Positions 25,313-33,860 of a stretch of DNA of 37,344 nt are shown piece after piece. How positions within the stretch are numbered: the stretch's first letter is position 1; each line of letters begins with the position of its first letter. The stretch is from IMG/VR virus record IMGVR_UViG_3300011438_000025, positions 1 through 37,344 of that record; one strand, given 5' to 3'. The notes under the pieces are model-generated. The model searched no databases, was not told the DNA's origin, and saw nothing but the letters and a program-made list of their open reading frames with translations. The position numbers and the translations under genes were made by a program. Source of the stretch: a virus. Lineage: Duplodnaviria; Caudoviricetes.

Positions 25313-25765
25313 TCATCGGTTCGGGGACGCCAGAATCAGCTCGTAGACGGCGCCGCCTACGTCGTTGCGCTTGAAAACGCGATACTCGCGGCCAACCAGG
25401 GGCGGGGCGGGGAACACAACTTTTTTTCCGGCGGTCGGCGGGACCACGTAATCGTAATCTCCGGTGTAATCGCCGCTGTCGTCGGCGGAGACGGTGTCCA
25501 TGTCGGCGGTGAGCGCGGCGGGGAAATCGGATTGATTCACAAAGAGAGTGAAATCGACGGCGCCTTCAAAGCCGCCCGAAACCAGCGAGGTGCCGCGGCT
25601 GAAGGTGTTGGGGACGCAGAAGTACTCGGCGCCTTCGTAGACGAACTTTTGATTGCCGGTGTCCTTTTGCAACGAGCGCTGGCTGCGGCTTAGGAGGTTC
25701 GAGATCCGGTTCATAAAGCTGAAAAGCTGAAAAGCTAAAAAAGCAAAAAGGGGGGACCACTTCAT
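25313..25765 (-). CDS. Putative head-tail adaptor/closure protein
   Basis: 150 aa with ATGA overlap upstream; alternative start at 25714. The N-terminus FAFLAFQLFSF is encoded by an AAAAGCT(G/A) repeat. Confidence 0.55.
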   Translation of the reverse strand: MKWSPLFAFLAFQLFSFMNRISNLLSRSQRSLQKDTGNQKFVYEGAEYFCVPNTFSRGTSLVSGGFEGAVDFTLFVNQSDFPAALTADMDTVSADDSGDYTGDYDYVVPPTAGKKVVFPAPPLVGREYRVFKRNDVGGAVYELILASPNR

Positions 25766-25968
25766 CGGTTATTGGCTATTTCGATTTGCGTGATGACTTG
25801 CTGGGCGACGTCGAGGTCGGCGCCGCCGATGGTGTCGGGGAAGCCGCGCGCGGCGAGTTCGTTCTTGCCGGAATCAACGAGCAGGCGCAGCGGCGCGATC
25901 CAGGCTTTGATTTTGTCTCTGACGAGGCGGCTTTGCGGATCGATGTCGGGCGTGGTGGTGATGCTCAT
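25762..25968 (-). CDS. Small hypothetical protein
   Basis: 68 aa with TTGACT 13 nt upstream. Confidence 0.65.
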   Translation of the reverse strand: MSITTTPDIDPQSRLVRDKIKAWIAPLRLLVDSGKNELAARGFPDTIGGADLDVAQQVITQIEIANNR

Positions 25969-26062
25969 GGAGACGAGGGGAAGTCAATGCTGAAGGCTTG
26001 AAGAAAAGGCTAAAGGCTGAAGGCTGAAGGCTAAAGTCTGATCAGACTTTAGCCTTTAGACT

Positions 26063-26560
26063 TTAGAATTTAGCCTTTTTCAATCCCACCCAACAGGCCA
26101 TCGCCACGGGCTGGATCATCTCGGGCGCGATGGGCGTTGGATCGTGGATGATCGTGGTGACATCGTCCCCGAATTTGTCCTTGAGGATGACGTCTGGAAT
26201 CTGGGTGAACACATCGTCGGCGGTGATGAGCACCAGGCCGTCGGGGCCCTCGAAGCGCTGAAGCTTCGTCGCATTAAGGGCGTTGACCAGGTCCTGGCGC
26301 TCGATGAGAGGCTCGTCCAACAGGAAATCGAGCACGTCGGCGGCGCTCTGGAAATCTTCCGAGCAAGGCGGGCATTCGGCGACGCGCTTTGTGGAGGTGG
26401 CGAACATGGCGCGCTCGCAGAGAAGCGAGATCGCCTCAAACTCGGGGGGCAGCGGCTCGGGCGGCCTGGTCGGAGGGACGGGCACGGTGCGGCAGCCTAT
26501 CACATAGGCGACCAGGAGCAGCACCAGGAAGAGAGACCAGGGGGAAAAGGCTGAAGGCAT
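26063..26560 (-). CDS. Putative lipoprotein (possible spanin-like lysis accessory)
   Basis: Hydrophobic stretch ending VIG-C (lipobox-like), then a Pro-rich linker; next to the holin-like gene. Confidence 0.55.
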   Translation of the reverse strand: MPSAFSPWSLFLVLLLVAYVIGCRTVPVPPTRPPEPLPPEFEAISLLCERAMFATSTKRVAECPPCSEDFQSAADVLDFLLDEPLIERQDLVNALNATKLQRFEGPDGLVLITADDVFTQIPDVILKDKFGDDVTTIIHDPTPIAPEMIQPVAMACWVGLKKAKF

Positions 26561-26654
26561 GGGGAAAAGGCTGAAGGCTGAAGGCTGAAGGCTAAAGGCT
26601 GAAAGTCATGAGTGTTTTTTTTAGCATTTAGCCTTTAGCCTTTAGCCTTTGTTT

Positions 26655-26969
26655 TCATTCCTCATGCACCTGATTGCCTCGCGCGGTGATGCCGCCGGTT
26701 TTGGTGTGGTTGGTGCGGCCGAAGTAAAACCCGATCACGAGAAAGAAGGCGTTGGCCATCATCGATTCTTTGGCGGTGCCGTTGGTCAGCGTCACAAATA
26801 ACACGGCGATGTTGGCGCCGACTACACTGAGAGCGATCGACGCTTGCGTGGTTTCCCACATAAGATTTATCCGGCGCTGGCTCTGGTTGTGAAGGCCAAT
26901 TCGTTTGTCGCGCTGGGTCGCCGTAGGTGCGGGCGGCGCAGGCGGTCCAATTGGTTCCACGTCGCTCAT
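26655..26969 (-). CDS. Putative holin-like two-TM protein
   Basis: 104 aa with two hydrophobic helices, the second ending FLVIGFYFG. Confidence 0.55.
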   Translation of the reverse strand: MSDVEPIGPPAPPAPTATQRDKRIGLHNQSQRRINLMWETTQASIALSVVGANIAVLFVTLTNGTAKESMMANAFFLVIGFYFGRTNHTKTGGITARGNQVHEE

Positions 26970-27042
26970 TGGAAGGAGGCAGAGTCAATGCTGAAGGCTA
27001 AAGTCTGATCAGACTTTAGCCTTTAGAATTTAGCCTTTAGCC

Positions 27043-30000
27043 TTAGAACGGAGGCCCCGTCAGCCAGCGATTCGGCGTTTTCGATTTGATGTAGTTGGCG
27101 ACATTTTCAAGTTGGTCGTAATTGCCCGGCAAACCATCGGTGCCGTTTGACCAGGTGGTGTACATAATCCCAATCCAACCTTGCATGCCTTGTGCCTCGG
27201 CCAGCGCTGCGAGGGTGAACCAGTTGTCGATGTTCGCGGCGTAGTTCGAGCCGGCGTCGTAATAGACAGCAAAGATTTGGCGGTTGCGCTGTTTGGGAAA
27301 GCTCGGGTCCAGGCCGTCCCAGAATTTCATGTTGGCGGTCGAGTTGTTATTGAACCAATTAAACACGATCGCGTTTCCGGAGAGGCCCAGCCAACTGCCG
27401 GTCAGATCCCCCTTGTCCATGAAATACAGGGTCGTTGCGTTGTGGTAGGGATCGAACATGTCGTTCCAGAAATAGCGTTCGATGTTGGGATTGACTGCGT
27501 TGATGACGCCCTCGACTCCGTGCACGAAGTTGCTTAAATACTGGCCCATCGTGAGATTGCCGCAGGAGGGGTCCCAGTTTCCTACTCTAAGTTCATTGGC
27601 CCTGACTGCCCAGGCCGTGGGCGCCATGCGTGAGTTAACGAGGCTCGCGTTGGTCGCCAGGACATCGAAGAACTCGGGATTGCAGATCGTGCCTGGAACG
27701 GTGAAGAGCTCTGCTGTGTTGCCCAGTTCATACCAGGAAACTTTGAGGCTGGCTCCCGCTGAAATGGTCGATCCCCCGGGAATGGTCAGAGATTCTGTCC
27801 CTACGACATAATCCGAGCCCTCGGTGTAAGTGGGGCTGCCGGCGTAAGCTTTGACGACGATGGGCGTGCTCGACCTGCGAATGGTCTGGTAAAGCCCGGT
27901 TTCGGTGAAGGTCACATCATCCATCCAAATCAGTCCGGTCGCGTTGGCGGCGGACATGACATAGAGCTTGATCGAGGATTGCTCCAGGCTGTTGATGTCG
28001 ATCACGTATTGAGTCCAGTCCTGCGTGGAGCCAATGATCGTGGAGGTCCCGAGGCCGCCGTCGCGATTGCTCCAGAGAATTCTGCCGTTGCCGCTGTTGC
28101 CCAGGACATAAAACTTGATCGAGCCAGGAGACGTGTAAGCTGAAGTTTTGACCCACACTCCAACCTTGTAGCAACGGAAGGGTGTGACAGCGATGTCTTG
28201 ATAGACCCGTCCCTTATTGGGGTTGATCCCGGTGTTCTGCAATCGGACTGAAGCGGCTCCACCGTGTTTGATGGAGGTATCGATAATCGTGACTGTGCCC
28301 GGATCATCGACCGTCCAGCCCGTCGGCTGATTGCCGGAGAAGGTTTCAAACCCGCCGTTGACCAAAACCGGAACAGGGTCGCCCACGGGCGAAGCGGTTC
28401 CACCGCTGCGGACGAACTTCGTGTCGATGACCGGGAAGGCCTCGCGCAACTCGACGGGCGCGGTCGAAACGGCCTCGCTCATGCTCAACGAATACGGCGC
28501 TATAATCATCCCCAGCGAGTTGGCTAGATTCTTGATGGCGGTGAGGTTTGCCAGACCAGTCGCATTGGGACTCAGCGAAATCATGTTGGGATCTTTGAGA
28601 ACAATTCCGTTAAAGCCGACGGCAGCGCCTCGACGCACGACATTGGTCAATCGGCTGTAGAGCGCGGTCGTGTTCAGACAATTGTTGTCCGTCTGGTAAA
28701 AGATGAAGCGGCGGCTCAAGTCGTTTGTCGTCAGCGCGGGCGATGACGGCGGATAGAGGCTCGTCCAGTTTTTGGCGGGCCAGATGGTCTTGCACCAATC
28801 GAGGATTTGATTCTGCAACGTGTTGTCGATCTTGAGGCCGGTGTTGGCTCCGAGATTGTTCCAGTAATAGGAGCCTCCGCTGTGCGGCGTGAACGAGGAG
28901 ACGATGCTGTCGCCGAATTTCACGCCGTCGCGGTTGTCGACCGGGACATAAGCAGCGGTGGTGAGTGCGGCGGTGGTGGCGTTGGTGAAGGTGTAATATT
29001 TTGAGGCAGTCCAGCGTTTGTTTTCATAGAGCCAATTGCGCAGGAATGCTTCGATGACCAATTTGCGTGTGGCGGTCGGTGTGCCGGCCCAGAAGGCCTC
29101 GAAGTCGGAGAAGACGAGCGAGTCCGGGTTGGCGGTGGTCCAGGGGTTCCAGCCGCCGGAGGTCCAGCGGTCCGGGCCGTAGGTGGGGGCGTTGGCCTGA
29201 ATCTCTTTGACCTTCCAAAACGTGAACAACCCTCCAAGTGGGAAGTTGGGGGTGAGATTCTGCAGGTCCTTCAGAATACCTTCCACGTAGGGCCAGTCGA
29301 TAGGAGTTTGGTGCGTTTGGTAGAAGATATCCGGCGAATGGTTGCCGTAATCGATCAAGAGCTGCACCTGATACCAGGCCTGGGAGAAATATTTAAACGT
29401 GGCGGTAGAGTTGTTGTTGATGCCGTGGTTCGTGAGGGACAGGCCGAGGATGTTGGGCGAGGCGTCGAAGTAGAGGCGCTTGGTGTATTGGGTGCGCGGT
29501 TCGGCGGCTGCCTGAAACAAACCGGCGGTGACGGCGAGGTTCTGCAAATCAAACTCGTTGTGCAGTTCCCACATCTTGGTGAGCTGCCAGAGGGCAGTGG
29601 CGTAGGCTTTGCGCGCGGCGGCGATCGTGCCATGTGAGGATTTGGGCGAGATGGAAACTTGATAGGGCATGCCGGAGTCGGTCCCCTCGAGGACCCAGCC
29701 GGCCAGGATGAACTTGGAGTTTGCGAGCGACGCGGCACTGCCTTTCACGAGCGTGTTGCGGAGGTACTGCGTTCCGACGGCCGCGCCGTTGCCCCCGCCG
29801 TCGTACTGCGTCATGAGCTTGCTGCCCGACGCAATGAAAGCGTTGCTGCCGAACGCATCGAGCGGATGAATGCTCGGCAGCCAATGATTCCAATCGGGGA
29901 GCTGCATCGCGATCCGGACTTGCCGGACATTGGCGTTGTTGGTCAGAGTGATGACCGTATTCGTAACGACACTTCCAAAGAGATCGCTGATGGTCAGTTG

Positions 30001-33000
30001 ATCGTCATCGAGGACCGCAGATATACCTGCCCCGGCCGCCCAACTGCTCAGGAGATTAGTGTCCAACCCTGGCCCTGGCTGATAGGGGGGATTCCACGGA
30101 CGCCCTGGATTCGGGATGTTCAGCGAGCGAATGTACGAGGCGACATATTCACCTTGCAGTTGAGTCAGCCCGTGAAACTTGGACCGCTCGACGATGCTCT
30201 TATTCGAATAGCTGTAATACTTCAAGTCCCGCCCATCTTGCGCGTGACAATCCGTGCAGTGAGCCGTTATCGCGCCGCGCGTCCCGTCGGACTGAAAGCC
30301 GGTGAGGTTCGTGCCGTACCAGATGCCGCGGCCCGTCGCGATCAGGGTCGCGTTTGTGTACACCGGAGCCCAATTATCCGGATTTTCGTCAGCGAAATAT
30401 TTGGCGACGATCATGTTTGTGCCCGCGTGTTGGAAATTGAACGCCAGAATCCGAATGGCGGCGGGGGAACTGTTGGTGTCGCTGAAGATAAAGCGGATGG
30501 TGTTCAGGCCTCCGGAGCTGACGAAGGTGCTGCCGATGATGCCGGAGTTCGTGCAGCGGATGACGCTGCAGGCGCCATAGTGGCCGCCGAATGCCGCCTC
30601 GCGGGCAGCGGGCGGGAAGGTGACGTCGTTGACATTGATTGGGGCTGCGTTGTTGAACTGGATCTTGAAACCATTCGTGCTGTGCAGGGTGTGGTGATAC
30701 TGCATCGAGAACTGGTAGGTGTCCGAGGGAACGATGTCCTGAAGCCCCACACTCACGGTCTCGGTGATGCCCTGCGCTCCGGCGACTTCTACGGGTAACG
30801 AGTTCGTCGGGAACACCACGACGGCGGGCAAAACCGTGATGACGGTGGTATCTGAATTTGTGGCGGCGGCGGTAATGGCCAGAAGCTGCAGGACGTACGA
30901 ACCGGCCACGCTGAAAGTTGCAGTTGTGTTTGTGAAAGCAGAGTTCGCAAAACTGACCGTGCCGGCGCCGCTCACTTTGCTCCAGGTCACTGAGGAAATG
31001 TTGTTGCCGCTAGCCGAGGCACTCGACAAATCGGCGGTGGCGGGGAGCGTTACGGTGAAGTCCGGCCCGGCGTTGACCAGGAGAGGGACGGCCGCATCGA
31101 CAACAGATATCAGGACAGTCGCAGATGCACGAGTGGCGCCTGAGTTATCTGTGGACACGGCCGTTAAGCTGTAGTTTCCACGTGGAACATTGCTCCAAGT
31201 GATTCCGTAAGTGGAGGTAAGATCGGTCCCCAGCAAAGTTGAGCCTTGGAAGAATTCCACCTTGGTGATCGTGCCGTCGCTGTCTGTGGCGGTGGCGGTC
31301 AAGCTGATATTATCCCCCGTATTGAAAACTGTGCCGGCTGCCGGCGCGGTGAGCGTGGCCGTGGGGGCGACGTTCGGGACGGGCAGGACGGTGTAACTGA
31401 CGCTGACGGTGGTGTTTGAGCCGGCGTTATCGGTGGCTTTGGCGGTGGCCAGGTGCGTGCCGACGCTGGGGGTGATGCTCACCAGGTAGGGCTCGACGGT
31501 GTCTGTGCTCAATGTGCTTCCGTTATCGATGAAGACGACCGAAACGATGGTCCCATCGGGGTCTGAGGCGCTGGCAACCAGGTCAAACGTCACCGGGGCG
31601 GTAAAGACGGCGCCGTTTGTGGGCGTCGTAAAGGCAACGCTGGGGAACTGATTGGCGGCGGTGACGACTGCATTGATGGTCGGAGAAATGCCAATGCCGC
31701 CCAGATCGTCCGTGGCTTCGGCGCGGATGGTGTAAATGCCGGCGGGCACGCTCCCGACGCTGCCGGTGAACGGGGAGCTCGAGTCGGTCCCCAGGAGAGT
31801 TGTTCCGTGGTAAAAGCGGACGCTCACAATGGTGCCATCGGAATCGGTGGCGGTGGCGGTCATGGCGATCGTGGCGGGGGCGATAAAGGGGGTGTTGTTC
31901 GTCGGCAACGTGACGGTGACGACAGGCACGGCATTGGCATTGACGATAGCGTTGATGGTCGCCGAGCTCACGATGGCGCCGTCGTTGTCCGTGGCTTCCG
32001 CGCGGATCGCGTAGGTCCCGGCGGGCACGGATGAGACGCTGCCGGCATAGGGGGAGCTGGTGTCGGTGCCCAGGAGAGTCGATCCGTTATAGAATTTGAC
32101 GTTGGCGATGGTGCCATCGGCGTCGGTGGCGGTGGCGGTGATCGAGATGGTGGCGGGGGCGATGTAGGTGGCGCCGTCGGCCGGGGCGGTGATGGCGACG
32201 ACGGGCAGGATGTTTACGGCCGGGGCGGAAACGTTGATCGAGACGGCGCCGCTGATGTTGGTGGCGCCTTGGTCATCGGTGGCGACGGCCAGGAAGGAAT
32301 AGTTGCCGACGTCCGCTAAGGGAATCGAGTGCGTGTACGGGGCGGTCGTGTCCGTGGCCAGCAGGGTTAAGCTGTAAAATTTCACGGAGACAATCGTGCC
32401 ATCGGAATCGAACGCGGTTGCGGCCAGCGGGATCGTCACCGGGGTCAAGAAGCTGGCGCCGTTGGTCGGAGAATTCAGCGTGACGATGGGCAGGGCGTTG
32501 GGCACGACGATCGCGTTGATCGAGATGGAGCTGATGGTGTCGCCGAAATTATCCATCGCATCGGCGTGGATTGCGTAGGTGCCGACGGGGACGGACGTCA
32601 TGGACGCGGTATAGGGCGAGGTGGTGTCTGTACTAAGGAGGGTCAAGCCGTTGAAAAATCGAACACTGGCAATGCTCCCATCCGGATCGAACGCGGAGGC
32701 GGTGATCGGGATGGTGGCGGGGGCGATGTAGGTCGCGCCGTCCGCCGGGGCGGTGATGGCGACGACGGGGACGACGTTGGGCAGGGTGCCGTGCAAAACG
32801 ACGATCGTAACGGAGGGTGAGACACCGACTTGTCCAACGTTATCCGTGGAGCGGGCGCTGAGCTGATAAGTGCCGGCGGTCAGCGCGGGGATGTCACGGC
32901 TCCATACACCTTCATCGAATACGCCGGCGCCTTGTGAGGTTGCGCCGTTGAAGAACGCGACGCTCGCAACAGAGCCATCCGAATCGGTGGCGGTCGCTTG

Positions 33001-33816
33001 CAGAGTGATGATGGTGGAGTCATTGAAGATTTGGGAGTTCGTCGGGCTGGTGATCGCGACCGTCGGTGGAACGTTGGGCGTGGGCAGCACGGAGATGGCG
33101 ACGGAGGCGACGGTGGAGGCGGAGGCGTTATCGGTTGCGATGGCGTCCAGGACGTGCGAACCAGGAGTCGCTGAAAGCAGCACGGCGAGGTAAGGAGAAT
33201 TGGACGCGGTGGCAAAGACGGTTCCGTTATCGCGGAACACGACTTGCGTGACTTGGCCACCGTTGTCCTCCGCGGTCGCTTCCATCGTCAAACTGATAGG
33301 CGCGGTGAAGGTGGCGCCGTTGGTCGGCGCGCTGATGACGACCACGGGGGGGATGTTGGCGGGCGGCGGAGGAGGCGGATCGGGCGGCGGCGGCTGAATC
33401 GTGGGCTCGATGACGAACACTCTGAAAGTGTTGGTGTTGTAGAAAGTGCCCTTGCGGCCGGTGACCTGGATGGTGTAGCTGCCGATGGCGCTGAACGCAG
33501 CGCTCACGTTCGTCCCGGTGCTGGGTGTGAACGTCACAACACCAGGCGAATCGATGGCGCTCCACTCGGTCGAGGTGCCGGCCGCAGAGCCGTCGACCGT
33601 GGTGACGGCCGACAAGAGGGCGTTGGTGGGGAAGCCGACGATATAGTTATCGATGACGGCGATGTGCACCGAGCTGGAAGGGATTAAGCCGAAGCCGGTG
33701 GTGGAGGGGCGGAGGGTGCGGAAGTTGGCCGAGAAGGCTAAAGGCTGAAGGCTGAAGGCTAAGAAAAGGCTAAAGGCTAAAGGCTGAAGGCTGAAATAAG
33801 AAAGAGGAGATCGCAT
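27043..33816 (-). CDS. Giant multidomain protein: signal peptide, 2 PKD-like and 8 bacterial Ig-like repeats, CxxCH domain, CBM-like/glycoside hydrolase-like C-terminus
   Basis: 2257 aa. Repeats of the type PVVAITAPADGATYIAPATI...DxDGxIxxVxF; CTDCH at 30244-30258; LVNGGFE...IWMDDVTF (CBM4/9-like); YFWNDMFDPYHNA and GIMYTTW. Confidence 0.8.
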   Translation of the reverse strand: MRSPLSYFSLQPLAFSLFLAFSLQPLAFSANFRTLRPSTTGFGLIPSSSVHIAVIDNYIVGFPTNALLSAVTTVDGSAAGTSTEWSAIDSPGVVTFTPSTGTNVSAAFSAIGSYTIQVTGRKGTFYNTNTFRVFVIEPTIQPPPPDPPPPPPANIPPVVVISAPTNGATFTAPISLTMEATAEDNGGQVTQVVFRDNGTVFATASNSPYLAVLLSATPGSHVLDAIATDNASASTVASVAISVLPTPNVPPTVAITSPTNSQIFNDSTIITLQATATDSDGSVASVAFFNGATSQGAGVFDEGVWSRDIPALTAGTYQLSARSTDNVGQVGVSPSVTIVVLHGTLPNVVPVVAITAPADGATYIAPATIPITASAFDPDGSIASVRFFNGLTLLSTDTTSPYTASMTSVPVGTYAIHADAMDNFGDTISSISINAIVVPNALPIVTLNSPTNGASFLTPVTIPLAATAFDSDGTIVSVKFYSLTLLATDTTAPYTHSIPLADVGNYSFLAVATDDQGATNISGAVSINVSAPAVNILPVVAITAPADGATYIAPATISITATATDADGTIANVKFYNGSTLLGTDTSSPYAGSVSSVPAGTYAIRAEATDNDGAIVSSATINAIVNANAVPVVTVTLPTNNTPFIAPATIAMTATATDSDGTIVSVRFYHGTTLLGTDSSSPFTGSVGSVPAGIYTIRAEATDDLGGIGISPTINAVVTAANQFPSVAFTTPTNGAVFTAPVTFDLVASASDPDGTIVSVVFIDNGSTLSTDTVEPYLVSITPSVGTHLATAKATDNAGSNTTVSVSYTVLPVPNVAPTATLTAPAAGTVFNTGDNISLTATATDSDGTITKVEFFQGSTLLGTDLTSTYGITWSNVPRGNYSLTAVSTDNSGATRASATVLISVVDAAVPLLVNAGPDFTVTLPATADLSSASASGNNISSVTWSKVSGAGTVSFANSAFTNTTATFSVAGSYVLQLLAITAAATNSDTTVITVLPAVVVFPTNSLPVEVAGAQGITETVSVGLQDIVPSDTYQFSMQYHHTLHSTNGFKIQFNNAAPINVNDVTFPPAAREAAFGGHYGACSVIRCTNSGIIGSTFVSSGGLNTIRFIFSDTNSSPAAIRILAFNFQHAGTNMIVAKYFADENPDNWAPVYTNATLIATGRGIWYGTNLTGFQSDGTRGAITAHCTDCHAQDGRDLKYYSYSNKSIVERSKFHGLTQLQGEYVASYIRSLNIPNPGRPWNPPYQPGPGLDTNLLSSWAAGAGISAVLDDDQLTISDLFGSVVTNTVITLTNNANVRQVRIAMQLPDWNHWLPSIHPLDAFGSNAFIASGSKLMTQYDGGGNGAAVGTQYLRNTLVKGSAASLANSKFILAGWVLEGTDSGMPYQVSISPKSSHGTIAAARKAYATALWQLTKMWELHNEFDLQNLAVTAGLFQAAAEPRTQYTKRLYFDASPNILGLSLTNHGINNNSTATFKYFSQAWYQVQLLIDYGNHSPDIFYQTHQTPIDWPYVEGILKDLQNLTPNFPLGGLFTFWKVKEIQANAPTYGPDRWTSGGWNPWTTANPDSLVFSDFEAFWAGTPTATRKLVIEAFLRNWLYENKRWTASKYYTFTNATTAALTTAAYVPVDNRDGVKFGDSIVSSFTPHSGGSYYWNNLGANTGLKIDNTLQNQILDWCKTIWPAKNWTSLYPPSSPALTTNDLSRRFIFYQTDNNCLNTTALYSRLTNVVRRGAAVGFNGIVLKDPNMISLSPNATGLANLTAIKNLANSLGMIIAPYSLSMSEAVSTAPVELREAFPVIDTKFVRSGGTASPVGDPVPVLVNGGFETFSGNQPTGWTVDDPGTVTIIDTSIKHGGAASVRLQNTGINPNKGRVYQDIAVTPFRCYKVGVWVKTSAYTSPGSIKFYVLGNSGNGRILWSNRDGGLGTSTIIGSTQDWTQYVIDINSLEQSSIKLYVMSAANATGLIWMDDVTFTETGLYQTIRRSSTPIVVKAYAGSPTYTEGSDYVVGTESLTIPGGSTISAGASLKVSWYELGNTAELFTVPGTICNPEFFDVLATNASLVNSRMAPTAWAVRANELRVGNWDPSCGNLTMGQYLSNFVHGVEGVINAVNPNIERYFWNDMFDPYHNATTLYFMDKGDLTGSWLGLSGNAIVFNWFNNNSTANMKFWDGLDPSFPKQRNRQIFAVYYDAGSNYAANIDNWFTLAALAEAQGMQGWIGIMYTTWSNGTDGLPGNYDQLENVANYIKSKTPNRWLTGPPF

Positions 33817-33860
33817 GGTTTATTTTGTTTTAGCCTTTAGCCTTTAGCCTTCAGCCTTTT

